A DNA stretch of 56,555 nt, counting the filler, from Catajapyx aquilonaris (lineage: Eukaryota), in the NCBI GenBank assembly GCA_000934665.2. It is 3 parts of 3 records of this genome, joined end to end, with 100 filler letters (N's around TTAATTAATTAA, not from the genome) between each part and the next. Parts side by side here need not be neighbours in the genome. Positions count along the whole stretch, not along the records: positions 1 to 18,788 come from JYFJ02006623.1; 2 more parts are not named here. One strand, given 5' to 3'. A program made the position numbers and the translations under genes. This document shows positions 1 to 13,900 of this stretch, one piece after another. Numbering within the stretch: position 1 is the stretch's first letter; each line of letters begins with the position of its first letter. The notes beneath the pieces are model-generated. The model did not search any database and was not told the DNA's origin. It saw only the letters and a list, made by a program, of their open reading frames with translations.

Positions 1-148
1 GATGCAACAGAGTGATGGAATGTATGTTTACGGGCATGGGCTAGCTAGTTATGAACAAAAATCCCAAATCCCAGACCAAGGCTAGTTCCCCATTGTTGAG
101 ACGATGGAAGTATCGTAGGGTGTGTTCGTCAAAAAGAGGGATGCTGAC

Positions 149-3100
149 CTTATCGATGAGCTCCTTGACGATTCCGTTCCATTCTCCGGTGTCTGGGTCG
201 ACGGCCCCATACTTATTGTCAGGCACAGCTCGTATGACATAGTTGAATCCGACAAGATTGGCAATGGCCTTCAGGAGGTCGATGCAGAACCCGTTGTACC
301 TAGGTTTGCCAGTCATGTTCCGGACCATCACGTACGGCTCTTCCTGCAACGACAATCAACACTGAATTATTATCCGGATCATGATGTGAATCTGCAAGTA
401 ATTAGACACATCTAGTCAACATTTTCAAACTATAGTGACGACATGGCTTATCTTAATGCCTGCAAAAATTCGCGTTGATCTGTAATTCAGCGAATTTTTG
501 CGAGTTGAAAATGGGGTCAGAAAAAAAATTATTAAAAAGAGAGGATATGAATGCCCAAGGCGAAACCTTACCACCCTGACTTGATTTATGGCACTCAACT
601 CTTTATGTAATTTTTATATCGCGCCATTTTTTTTTTTTGCTTGGCTGCCAGGAACAGAAATCCCATTTTTGAAGGGTCAAGAGAGCATGAACATGTAAAT
701 TTTCTAAAGCCTTGCCCGTCTCCACTAAAGGAAATGAAAAGTAAAGGAAATGGTTTCTTGCTCTGATGACGAATGGCGCCAAAAATTAGTGCTCTTCTAG
801 AAGAAGGTGTACATTAAAAAAATTTCACACTGTATCTTGAAGATTTATGGAACGTCATGACTGCAGAAAAAATACATTTGGCAGAATATTTTTATCAACC
901 AATTACAAACTTATCCCGGGAGTAGAAAATGCGCTCAATAAATTTCCATCAAAATACGAACATTATTCTCAAAATAGTGTCATTGTTTCATTTGTGCTAT
1001 AAAACAGGTGTAATCCAACCGTATAAATTATTGAACAAATAGAGTTCATGCCATTGTTTAATGAGCTCTATCTGCGGAGAGCAGTGGTCCAACTGAAACA
1101 CGTATGAATAAATAACACTAATTACAAGCTGCACGTACTGGATGTTACGTAAAGATGTCGACAAACATGAGTAAATTACACCCGAGGATTACTTCATGAT
1201 GTAATTAGCGCGTGGCTTGGATACAGCCTACTGCACTTCTGTCGCCTTGACCACTATCTTTGCATGGCAACATCCTATAACTTTATGCACAGAATTTTCC
1301 AATGTGGCTTGGCTTGGTGATGCTCCGAAAAGAGGCTTATCTAAATGCCATAAAATAAGGATCCCCCATGCCTCCATCCTGACCTTTAGTGGGACACCTT
1401 ACCACTCGGAGACAACCGTCGCAAGTGGGTGGAAGGGGAGACCTTTTTTCTGACTAGAGATACCCCCTCATACTGTCGGGGGCTAATGGAATTGCAAAAT
1501 CAATAAGCTCTGCATAAATCAGGGTGCCAAAGTTCTCCATTTATCATTTTTATGACCTCACGTCTTCCCGTTTTTTGGGTGGGGGAACCCGCCACTACCT
1601 ACCCAATCCACTTCTTCACCTTTCGATTCTTCTGTTCCCCTCAGTCCTTTCTTTTGCAAAAAAAAAATAAAAAATAATGTTCATTCTTATCGTTATTCCT
1701 GCCTTTGACGCAATCATTCTCGTAAATCAGTTTTCCCTCTTTGTTCAAGTGTCTTCTTAAGTATGGCCGTAACGGTTGGTTTAATAAGAAGCGCATGACT
1801 CACCTTAAGACGTCAGTAAATCATTCTACCCGGTCAAATTTGCCACCTGAATATTTCAGCCTTTTTATGTAAAAAAATCGGCTATTATTACCTCAAAGTA
1901 GCTGACATACAAGCAGAATTTCTGTGCATGAATGTGCAATTAGTCACTTGAATAATACAGCTGTGTGTACTGTACAGTCAGGGAGCATATACTACATAAG
2001 AGGCGCAAACATTCGATTTCCGCGTCTCGTCCTCTGTTTGGGGCGTTGCCAAGGCTGGCGGCCATTTTGAAGTGTGTGGAACGCCAACGAGGTATAAATA
2101 GGGTACAGGCAAAAATAGGGTCCGCCATCTTTGATTCGCGCATGTTCTTTCCGTGTAGTTGACATGGCCGCCAAAACCATCAAAGATGGCGGACCCTATT
2201 TTTGCTGTACCCTATTTATACGTCGTTGGCGTTCCCCACACTTCAAAATGGGCGCCAGCCTTGGCAACGGCCCCAAACAGAGAGACGCGAACATCAAAGG
2301 CTCCTCTTATGTAGTATATGCTCCCTGGTACAGTATACATATAAATTTTGAATTAAAATGTTTTAAAAAATACAGACTTGCAATGTCATGACGACGAGGG
2401 TGACGTTTGGCACGACTCCTTCGAAGAACGCGCTTGGATCCGTGACATTGATTCCTTTGCTTGGATTCCACTCTCCAACCTTCCGGACCACTTCCTTCCT
2501 CAGTTTGAGCAGGTCCAGTTTAAAGTTGCTTCTTCTGCCCTCCTTGAACTCTATCAAACCGGTCAGACCCTGGAAGGACACCTGGAAAATAGAAATTTTG
2601 GGGTATTTTTTTTTTAATGGACTCATCAACCTGTAAATTGAAGGTGTAAATATTTAGTGCTGGAGTTCAAGGTTTCTAACTGCAGTTGGCCAGTTGCCCA
2701 AAACACTTGTTTTGCACGAGCTGCAACGCAAACTACTCTCCGCCAATTTTACTGTGCAATTGGAGCCCGAAATTTCTGCAAAGCGCTTCTTCCTCTCTCT
2801 CTCTCTCTCTCTCTCTCTCCAGACCTGAGAATGAAATTAGCAAAAGTTTGGCCTGCGGGAGCTTTTCAACTGATGATGCTTTGTGTTGCATAATTTAAAA
2901 TCCTTAAACAATCTCTCTGGACCTGAAGACTTGGGCAGTGCACCACCCTGTGTATATATGTAGGAGCAGAAAACTTTTCCTACATGCAAGTGCAGCCATT
3001 TAGGCTCGGTTTTGGTGGCGTGGTAGAGAGAGAGAGAGCAGGATGATATCATGGAGATGGAGAAAGAGAGTTTCAATGAAGCACATGGCAGTCGTTTGAA

Positions 3101-6100
3101 GGCCGCGTTCCGTCAAAACTGCGCCTCAACTTGGGACATAAAGGTTTTCCTTGTCGTTGCGGTTCACATCCAATGGCTTTTCCACACCCCTCCAAACCTG
3201 GCAGGGGGTGATATGGAAATGAACTCTATTCCGTCCCACTGCATTCCCACACTTCTCTTTCAGAACACAACCTTTTTTTAGAGGGCATGTTCAAGGACGA
3301 CATTGGTCCTAATTTAAATATTTAAAAATGATGAGCTTAGAGCTGGTTGCATAATTTCAAATTAATAATGCACAATGTCCATAATACAAAAATCTGTGTT
3401 TGGCACAAGTTCAACGAAAGCGCGCGTTAGCAAAGATCTTCGTCATTGTCAGATGCATACGACTCGCTGACTTGCCTTATGTCGACTTTTTTTTTTTGCA
3501 CGAGGCATTAAGATGACGGGGACTTTTGTCACCAAAAAATATTGCATGTGAGCCGTTAGTTCTCTCCGTGATTGTCAGTACAGGAAGACATATGACGCAA
3601 ATCTGATGCATGTCCGGAGCCTAAGCAGCTGGCACTACACTGTGCATATCGGAAAATGGAGTTTGCTGCAAAAAAAAAATGTGCAAGTGGCATTGAAATA
3701 TTACTTTGGTAAACGTCTCGCATTGTTGTTTCTTACATGTGTCACAGTCGCGTCGTCCGGAAGCAATGACGTCCATTACATTAGTCATTGTAAGGCCGCT
3801 CATTATGCAGCATACTGTACTGTACAGGATGCTCTAGGATGAATGAACACTTGTAGAAATTATTCTTGTGTTTCAGCGTTCCAGTGGACGTATTAATATT
3901 GAGTTAAATTTATTAAACACAGCTACACTCATCAGCAAATTGTCTGAGATGAAAAATGGCATTTTTCAACTTTTATATCTACTCTTTGCTTTACGCCCAA
4001 AATTATGGTAAATGTCCCCATTATGCACAGTGCAGATTTTGGAGCAATTTAAATCTTCAGCGGTCTGTTGGCAGGTTATGTGTGCACAGTTTGTGCCAAC
4101 ACAGCCACTCATTAAATTTCCTGTTTGACAAAGTGCAGCATCCACAGCATTGTTTCGACGCCACAAAAAAAGGAGCTGCTCGATAGTTTCCAGCATCCAA
4201 GGCGACAGACAACTCCCTTTTCATGGAGACAAGATGCTCCTTTAATGCCAGCATCTGCAGTCTTAAGGCGTGCCAAGACTAAGAGATAGAGAGAGGCATT
4301 TCCCAGCTCTATCCTTGGCGTGTGACTACATTTCCAGAGGCATGTCTGGCAAATAACGGCAACCGATTCGAGGCACCTGGTGAATACATGAATTTGAAAT
4401 ACCTCCCATACCAATTATCGATTCAAGGGGGAGAGAAAGGACCTAGGAAAACAAGAGGCCTTCTATAAAATTATAGTTTCAAGGAAGAATAAATCCTCAT
4501 TTTCGCCTCTGCCGTTAGAACCAGCCCGTAAAACAAAGGCTGTACTATAAAAAAACTGTGCCCACTGCATATCAATCAGAAAGGGTATCATTTGCATTTG
4601 ATTCAATTTCACGAAGGACACAATAGCAGTCGTTATGTGCGAATGAGTCATACCTCAGAGAAACCGCTGTAAATCTTAGAAAGTACAAAAGACTTTTGCT
4701 GAGGTGTTATCAGAAAGTAGTGTCACTTCTAATCTGTTTCCGGCTGGAGGCACATTAGTAAAAGCTCTGAAAGGAATATCTAAAAATTTTATTAAGGTAT
4801 ACTGTACATAGTCCCCAGGAAAATAGTAGGATCTAAAAGTCTTTTTTTTTTGGTCGTGAATATTAATTTTTAATGCGCCTTACAAGACCTAGTATGCGGA
4901 AGTGCCAAAAAGGATTGGAGCCCATTAACCGACGACGCCTAAATTTTCAGAGTTACTGCGCGTGACTAAAATGGCTCGGGGTTTACAAACTTCAAGCTCA
5001 AAACTTTGCATTTAAAAAAAACTTCTTTGCAGTCTCGTGGGTCTGGTCCATTTAAAGTAAATTGGCGGCGAACCGTGAACAAAAACTCTTGCCAGGTATT
5101 CACAAGATGAATTTTGGTATAGGATACGAACGATACAGTTTCATTATGCAACAACACAAAGCAAAACCTGTTTACAGAGAGGCTGAGGATCAAAAACCAG
5201 CCAAATGACATTTTCTTGTTCAAGAAAGGTTGTGGAAATGTCACTCTGGAGGCGTATACTCATCCAGGTCACTCGCAATCGACAAAGTCGATTGACGTCA
5301 AAATGACGTCGCCAATTCTCCTCGCCCTGCCCAGGTCATCACTGGCGACGTCATTTTGACGTCAATCGACTTTGTCGATTGCGAGTGACCTGGATGAGTA
5401 TACGCCTCCTGTAAACAAATATGAGAAAAGCTAATTTACGTGAAATAGGCCTACTGCTATAATTATGCTGCACTGAATTCTTCAATTAATTCTTTTGCAG
5501 CATGTACAAGTAGCTTCATGTTGAATAACTAACACACCAACGTAGACAATAGAGTTGATTTGGCCTGAAGCTGCTTTTTTGGCTTCTCGCATATCAAATA
5601 TTGCAGGAAGCCCCGCGTTTATTGTTTTCAGTTTCATTTCACGGCTCGTATTCTGGTTTAGGTGCTGCGAGGGAGCTATTTGATTTCACTTTGCAGGGAA
5701 TTCGTTAGGAAATAAAGCAGCGGTTTTTCACCTTCCATCGCCTAGTCCCCCCCTCCTCATTTTTTTTACGAGAGTCGTATAATTCGAAATGAGTAGACAA
5801 GTCGAGGGAGTAGAAGCCATATTCGTCCAGCAGACAAAACCACTTTGTAACCCTCCATATATAGTGCAGCTCCGATATCGGACGAGTCCAACGAGAGTGC
5901 AACGTACGGTACTTTATTTTTTTTAAATTTGCTCATTGTGAACTTAATACAAAAAGCCAACAATATCTTACGGAAGCTCTGTTCATCCTGGAAGTTAGTT
6001 AATCCAAGAGCTTCAATTGACAAACATGTTGCGGGAAATTCAGGCGCTAAAAACTGAGTCCTAAATGTTCTAGGTTTTTAACGAGAGTCACGTGCTCTGT

Positions 6101-9100
6101 GACGGAATATAATTGCAGTGTGTTATTAGTAAGATTATTTTTTACAGCAACCATTTCTCTACCAAAAGCATGAAAAAACACTCTGGTAAAGTCCTCATTC
6201 ATCATCATGCCTCTGCAATTATTCTCTCTCACACTCGACACTCGGAAAAATATGCATCGCTGAAGATGTACAGGGTAATATTAGAAGGAAAGCAAACTAT
6301 GTCAGTGGAATTCATCGCGGTGGAAAAAATCCATTAATACTGCGGCCTGGATTTTTTTTCTCTCTCTCTTCATATTTATAAAAATGGAAGATGCGTCGTG
6401 TGCCAAGGCGGAATGTTTCTGAGAGAGAGAAAATAGGTGCCTGGAAGTCTCTCCTAGCGTGAGATCTGGCCTGAATACAGATTTTTATTTTTTTGGCAAA
6501 GATCGGAGTTCAGGCCACATGACTGGAATTATACAGGGTGTTCCACAAAGAATGCTGTAACACCCTGTATTTTGTAATGGAATAAAAGGGGGCGGAACAA
6601 GTCATAACGCATCATTTGTCTTACTAAGGTGCGTAATTTCCTGCTGGCGGGGCTAAAATTTCAAAAAACTTTTTTTTTCACTTTTTGTGAAAATTTTGTG
6701 GAGAGTAATCAAGTGGCATTTTTCTCCCTTCCTCTTCCTCGTTTCTAGACCCTTCATTCCATGGTTCTCTCTCCTTTTTAAGCGGTGATGAGGACCGTAA
6801 TTGCAAATCCAATACGCGAGTCTCATGTGGCAAACGAGAGAAGTTGGGTAAAATAACGCAGGGAAACGAGGGGAAGGAGAGAATGTTGGGCCTTGCTCTC
6901 TCTATATACTCCTACACAGAAAATGTCGGGAAATTTTGAATATTAGAAAAAAAAAAGTTTTCAAATTTTTTAATATTTTGAACAACGTGTAAAAAAAACG
7001 TGCTCGTTAATTAGCGGGAGCAGATTTCAAGAACTGGAGCTCCTTATCGTATGATAATTACTTTTAAGGCCGCTACTTGTACGAGTGGAATCTCAGCATT
7101 CGTTAAATATGATTGTAATTTTAATATTTTCGGCTGAAAATTCCGTATTAATCAGAAGTCTCTTCAATTCATAATGATATTATGAAAAAACATTCGTTAT
7201 TTCTGTTTTTAATCATCTCTCTGAGTCAGCTTTAAAATATTAATATCAACATGCATGATTTTACTTAAATATTCAGTGATATTTAGTCATATTCTATCAT
7301 ATTCTATTTACGGTAGATGAAAATTATTGTCACGTAATACGTATTTACATGCATAGCTGTACAAGAGTATGTGACACACTCACCGAATTGACGTAGTTGT
7401 ACAGACTGAGACCGTCGTTCCAAGGTAACTCGTCGTCGCATGAAAGATTGCTGGGATGCAAAGCATGGCTTCCATCCAGGGCCTCCAGACCTTTTGCAAA
7501 AGCAAACACACTGTCGAACACCATGGCAGGCTCGGCCTGCAAAGTATTGAATAATCCAACTTGAATGTAGCGTACTGTATACATAATTATGCAGTACTAT
7601 CATCCAATACAGTCCTTCGACCAAAACATTTTTTTGGACTGTTCGTTACAGTATTCATTTGTATGTCCTCACCTGTATGATTCCTGATCTGTTGAGTATG
7701 CTGTGTCCGATGGGCTGAAACCTTTCCATGGCGTGAAGGATGTTTCTAACTTTGGCGTGTTCGGAATCAACCAGACGAAACGCAGTCATGTTCACGGAAT
7801 TGTACTTGAAGTCTTCCAAGTCGAAAACTTCAATATCCTGACAGAAGATAATAGAAACCATGAAAATGCAACTTTACAATAATTTTTCTAGTATAAAAGG
7901 GTTTTTGCACTCTTTGCAGTCAGAATATTCAAATTCGGAGTGAGAAGATCGAGTTACTTTGCCAGCTATTATATTTTTGTTAAAAAATTCTCGTGATGAT
8001 TAAAAACGGCTACATTCATCACTCATCTGTCGCTTCCTCTTGGGAAGCTCTATTGATGCCCGGGGTTGCTGTCGGAAATTGCTGCATTTTATATCATAGG
8101 CATAGGTTATGTGTCTCACTAACTACACACTATGGTTATTACTGTAGTTGCAAACTATGTTGTCAAAAACTTGGTGAAGTACCCTAAAGCCAAATTATTA
8201 TTTCACAGTTTCTTGCACTGTACTGCAGGCCTACATATAGGATAATTATTCCGGTTCAGGAAAATAACAAATTATGAAACAAAAATATATTACTGGCAAA
8301 AGGTGAACAGGTACTTACAAAGGTTGTAAATACGTAATGATATCTATAGTCATTCATCTGAAGCTGAAGAATCTGAAATGAGAAATACAATAATGTTATT
8401 GCATAAAGGTTAAATGTACTATGGTTAATTACAATGTAAATCAATACTCTTTTGATCAAAAAAAATTATTCTCATTAAAAATATTTTTTGCGATATTATA
8501 GTTACGCATAAAATTGATGAAAGATTTCGTTTATACGGGTACTCTTTACGTACTTAATATTCGCGAAATTCTATAAAATGCTATAGTTTTTGTTTGTTCA
8601 GTACAGTATTATAATACAACAACTGCAACGGAATAATGTAACATTTTTTTAAACAAGCGCAATATCCAATATTTCTATAGAATAATTACCCCACGTAATA
8701 AAATTATCCTGGAATTTGCAAATCATCCACTTCCAGATTTCAATCTCTTTAAAGCATAAACTGCAAATCCGGATTAACCGGATTATAGAGAAAAAGGCAG
8801 TTGGTGTGGCTCAGTTTGCGGTACAAGCGGACCTAAAACCCCAATATGTACCTGACCGTAATTGCATGAGGCAATTAGTTCAAATGAGCCTCCGGTTATA
8901 TCCGAATCCTGCACCGAAACGATATGGGGAGGAAAATGGGGGATAATTTCATTTTTTAATGCGGTTACTATACATACTCACAGATCGAAAAAATTTGTAC
9001 ATGTTGTCCGGACTGGTGTCCACAATGAGATTATGGATTTCCTTTTTCTTGATATCTCGAAGGGTTGCTCTGTAATTGCTAGGGTTTGTTTGCCTGATGT

Positions 9101-10966
9101 ACACTTCCATGTTTTTGGAAGGCGGACTCCGAACCAGATCCCTCAGCTTAATTAGACCTAAAGAAAATTAAAGATTCAGTAATTTTGTATCAGTCAGGGT
9201 ATGTGACAATGCATTTTAATGGTTCATTTACTTTAAAATATTTTCGTAAAAAATTGAGCTTTTCGTCCGCTAAAGCCTGCACTTCTGAAAATAATTTTTA
9301 TGTGATATTTCTGACTATATTGCCAATCAGATATTATGGCATATTACTTACTCCTGATCATTATTTACAGCTTTAGCATATGGACATCAAGCACACTCGT
9401 ATTGTTGTCGTGCGATTTTCGGGGGCAGAAGCATGTGAAAAAAATCATTTACCTCCTGATTCATGCATTATTGGCATTCATGCTTAGTTATTTTCAAATA
9501 GTAATATACTGGACTTCATTTTTCAAAGTTAAAGCACGTTTGGTAACACGACGCCTTTCATGTACTCCGCTTAATTAATTAAATAGCAAAGCCTTGTACA
9601 CAGTACAGTATCATGAATAATTTCAAAAGCCGTCAAGGTACACAGGAAAGAAGCATTTGTAATTATTTTAGTGTATGTTACACTAACTTGTACGAGACAA
9701 TTCATGCAAGTAGGAATAATATTGCGACTATACCAAACATGTTGGATCAAAGAAGCGGTCTGGAACTGCTGTTTAGATATTATACTCCCGAGGATTAAAA
9801 AGAAGTGTCATAAACAGCCCGAAAGCGTGCCAAAATATTTGCAAGCGCATCAGCTGAAATAACCCCGTGCCAGGCGGAGTGTGTATAAGTCATTATAATT
9901 TTATAAGTAATTATTAGCAGAACGTCCATGTAAATATGAAAACAGCCCATAAATGTGCCCAAATGCATGGAGTGCGCAAATGTTGTGAATATACAAGAGA
10001 GGCAGCATGCTATAGTAGCAATCAACCTTTACCACAATGTTATATAGTGTGTGGGGAAACTTGCAGAGAAATATTTTTTAAATGCAAAAAAATAGTCGAA
10101 GGCCAGCTGACTTCATAATGGTGCGAAAGTATCGTAAATGCAGAAAGTCGGCAAGTTCCTAACCTTTAGTACCCATGAGTTCTGTGGTTGGTCATCAGAA
10201 AAGTTGTCGGACGTAAAGAAACTTAGTTCAGTACAAAATACACTTCTGTGCCATTTTAGCAGCTTACAGCATGTAGTACAATGTGATCAGTATCTTTCGA
10301 AATGAGACTCCCAGGCATTTATTATAAGTTCACATGATTTGACAGAAGACCGTAAGTGATTTTGATCTTAGAAAAGGCTCAGGAATACCTGAAGCAACTC
10401 CAAGAATTACTTACGAACTAAAAAATATTGATTGCTCATATGCAGGATCATTTTCTCCTTCCCCCCCCCCTTTTTTTCCCTATATACCCTTCTCATCATT
10501 TCTACCCCTCCCACCCTCGTTCATTGTTAACGACTCCATATTCCTATTGTAATGGTCGGCTCCAGACCTATAATAACCCTGCCCTGAAAGAAGGAATGAG
10601 GCGTGGGGAACAAAGCCTGGGGACAAATAATTGCTTCATATCCCCATCTCCCCCTTCACATGAGAACATACAACCTTAATTCCAGCATTTTTTTTCTTTT
10701 TTTCTGAAACGTACCAAAGTCTTCCTCATAGAGGATGGCGACCTTGGTCCAGTTGAGGAAGACCATGAGGTCTCTGAAGGCCTGGTTGAGATGGTCCTGT
10801 GTTGGATGCAGGTTGATGGAAAACTCCTTGAAGTGAGGCTCAGAGTCCAGCCTGGCTTCCAGGTGAGGTATGTCCAGAGCGTCGCATATCGACTGGATGT
10901 GTGACCCAAGAAGAGAGTCGGATGGACCAAAAATTGCCTGGACACCGAATCGAATCTGCCTGCAAG
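149..10966 (-). CDS. Ionotropic glutamate receptor, kainate-type; partial (amino-terminal domain through start of the S1 ligand-binding segment)
   Basis: Seven GT-AG exons with consistent phases: 10966-10715 (CRQIRFGVQAIFGPSDSLLGSHIQSICDALDIPHLEARLD...LNWTKVAILYEEDF), 9157-8982 (GLIKLRDLVRSPP...IVDTSPDNMYKFFRS), 8372-8319 (ILQLQMNDYRYHYVFTTF), 7837-7673 (DIEVFDLEDFKYNSVNMTAFRLVD), 7536-7384 (AEPAMVFDSVFAFAKGL...SCDDELPWNDG), 2581-2378 (FQGLTGLIEFKEGRRSNFKLDLLKL...VGEW), 343-149 (EEPYVM...YNGFCIDLLKAIANLVGFNY...YG...WNGIVKELIDK). These are typical iGluR ATD and S1 motifs. The first exon(s) were not found and the 3' half lies left of the window. Confidence 0.95.
1979..2327. mobile_element. MITE (fold-back, non-autonomous DNA transposon) in iGluR intron
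   Basis: Termini CAGGGAGCATATACTACATAAGAGG / CCTCTTATGTAGTATATGCTCCCTG, with imperfect inverted arms of about 150 bp. Flanked by a 7-bp direct repeat GTACAGT (1972-1978, 2328-2334). Confidence 0.88.
2793..2819. repeat. (CT)n microsatellite
   Basis: Directly visible dinucleotide run. Confidence 0.9.
5248..5409. repeat. Perfect 67-bp inverted repeat with 28-nt spacer (probable internally deleted MITE)
   Basis: 5248-5314 is the exact reverse complement of 5343-5409. No clear target-site duplication. Confidence 0.9.
6531..6570. mobile_element. Minimal Tc1/mariner-type MITE remnant
   Basis: ATACAGGGTGTT ... AACACCCTGTAT (TA plus CAGGGTG termini) separated by only 16 nt. Confidence 0.5.
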
Positions 10967-13900
10967 CTGAAAGGAGAATGGGGGGAAAGAATATTGCAGT
11001 ATTTACCAGGGAACTTTCAGTATATTTTATTAAACTTGTTGCGTTCAATGGCACGCCAGAGAGCATATATAGACATGCTGGTCGTAGAGCCAGATAAATT
11101 GAATCTTAAGACGACTATAGGCTTCCTACGCGCTTATAAGCCTAACATGTCCCAGTACACTGTTTATGTCCTGCTATAAAAGCCCAACGAGCATTGCGCC
11201 GATCCTTTATTTTGCGTCTCTCAGGCCACTTTCAAAACAAGTTCTGTTTTGAACAGTCAAGCACTCCTGTTAACTGAATAGCAATTTAATTTCAGCGATG
11301 AGCAACAGCGTTTGGGATAATCTTACACAATAAAAACGAACCTGCAACTCCATGTCAACAAACGCTACCGGAATTACAGTATAAATGCATTCAGAGAGAA
11401 TACTGTAGTCACGTAATGCAAAATACTTGCTGCACAGACTATCTTGTTGAGCATAATATATTATAGCTGAAGCCATAACGTATACTGACCACATAATAAT
11501 AACTTTCCTATTCGTATGTTTTAATTTATTTATTCTCCATTGACTATCCGCTTTTAGAGTGAAATGCCATGATGATTTTTTCAGCTCAATAAAATGCAAG
11601 GCATCAGGTTAACCAATCCCAACAGTGAATGTGTTTTAAGGCCAGTCAGCACCTTCAGGAATATTAAAGCTGTCATAAAAGACAGTGACTGATTTTTAAG
11701 GGAATGGACAAGAAAGGTGCATTTGCTTGACTGACACCCTGCCAAAAACTGCTTCCACGCCACATGCACTATCCCATCCATGGCACTGTCACTTTTCTCA
11801 CAGCTCTTTCGCATTTGGCCTAGGGCGCCAAAAGAGACACAGCAGCACCAGACCTCAGCTCCTGGTCCATTTGGGACTGTCGCAGCAGCCAGAATCCTTT
11901 TCCCTGGACTCGTTATTTCGTTAGGCTTTCATCTCCTGGCAGCAGACGAGAGCTAGGCTCTCTTTTTCTCTCTATCTCCGGAACATGTAACCCAGCAGCC
12001 CTGGCTCACCTGGGAGTGAGAGGCGCTCAAGCTGCGGAAGCTTCTCAAGTTCATCCGCAAAGTCTCCCTCATATCAAAGGGACGTTTACACCGCCAAAGC
12101 TCACAGTCTCCGTTTGTATGAGCCAACTAATCATGCTGCTAATTACCTGTAAAAGTGCTGGTTGCACCTACAAAATTGTGCAGACTTTTTGCTGTGCTAA
12201 TCTGATTATTTTTTTCACAAGTTATATGTGTACATGTAATGAGACTGTAATGAGAACTGTCTCCACATTTTGTGCAAACCTGTTCAATTAAAATCAGTGC
12301 TGTGTGCAGGAGCGTCACATTCCGCTAACCCTTCCTTTGTTCCCGGGATGCAACCCAAGAGGACGTTATTGTTTGTCTATAGTGTACGTGTATATATGCA
12401 GGAAGATTGTAGTGCACCGTCCTGTAAATCCGAGCTGTACAGATATAAGCAGAGGGGCCCGGAGGAAACGACCGCCTCCAACTGGATGCCGCTGATGATT
12501 GCGCTTTCCAACCGACCAACCAACAAACCCAACCCCCCCAGTCCCTTTTATACCCATCCCCTGGTCCTCACCAACTTCCGAATTAAATCACAAAGCGTGG
12601 GAGTTTCCGGGTCCTCAGGGGAACCACACTGCGCCCAAACCCCCGGAACAGGCAGCAGGGTCCAAAAGGACGTCCCACAAGGATTTTGCCTAGCATGCAG
12701 AGCGCAAATATAAATTATTCGCATCGTCCCCGTCGGATTGCGACACACACTTTGCAATACGCGGTTTTTAGTGATTGGAGAAAACATATACTAATAATTA
12801 GCAAAACCCTTTAGAGAGCTGTCGTATAGAGCAGTATATCATTTAATGAGTCGGCTTGAATCAGGGTCAGACCCACCCGGAAAAGGATGATCAGTTGAAT
12901 CCTAACTTCCTAATTGGGAGGAATGGGTCCATTTGGAGGCTGGAAATGGCCTGAGGAGCCTTTTGTATCATGATCCTAATGGTGGTCAATCCTGCCCCTT
13001 TTTTGTGCATACGTCGATAGAGATTAAGCTACAAATTTTTTAGAAGAGAGCCATTATAATTGCCATTTCTGATTATTTTTTTGAATTGTTGCCTTGAGTG
13101 AGACATTAATTCCTTTCCCATCACCAACATGCATTTCCGGGATCTGAAGCTAGAACTCGGACTTTGGTCAGTTCCCCCCCGAATCTCTCCGGTTCCGTGT
13201 TTGCTTGGTAGGATCCACATGCAACCGGACTCGGACCCTTTTAGATCTGTTTGTCCTGTGTCCGCTCCGGAAGCCCTGAGGACAAAGTGGTCCCAGGGTT
13301 CAAGACCCCCCCCCCCACAACCATCTCTTTCTTGCCGAGTTCTGGCAAAGACCTAAGTACAACCAGTGTTTTTTTTTGGACTGTTCACCTCTGACATAGG
13401 AAAGGTCGTTGATGTGCGGGGAACATGTCCGCATGTTTGATTGAAGGCGCAATATCTCTCGTTCTGGTTCGTCTCGAGCTCGATATAGACTTGCTCAGCG
13501 CCATACCGGGATGGGGTTTGGTTATAGTCGATAGTCCCTCCACGGTTCTCCAACCAAAAAAAAGAGGATAGAGAATAGGATGGGAAATGGCTGCTTGGCA
13601 CAGTATATTCCGACGACGGCGGATGTTGGCTGTAAAGACGCGATTTACAAGGACCCAGCTTGCAAGCACAGTGGGATAAGTTTTTTGACCGAACTTGGAG
13701 GTATTTTGGCACTTATTTATGGCTATTCTCTTCCTTTTTATACGGACCAAGGCAGTGCTCGGGCTCTGCTGTGAAATAACGCTCGGATCAAGAATCCAGG
13801 CAGTGATATACACAAAGAGAGTGCAGGGATTTTTATGTAGTGCGGTCCGACGGAAGCTACAATGCAACTGTACGTGACCCAATACACTGTTGGAAAAATT

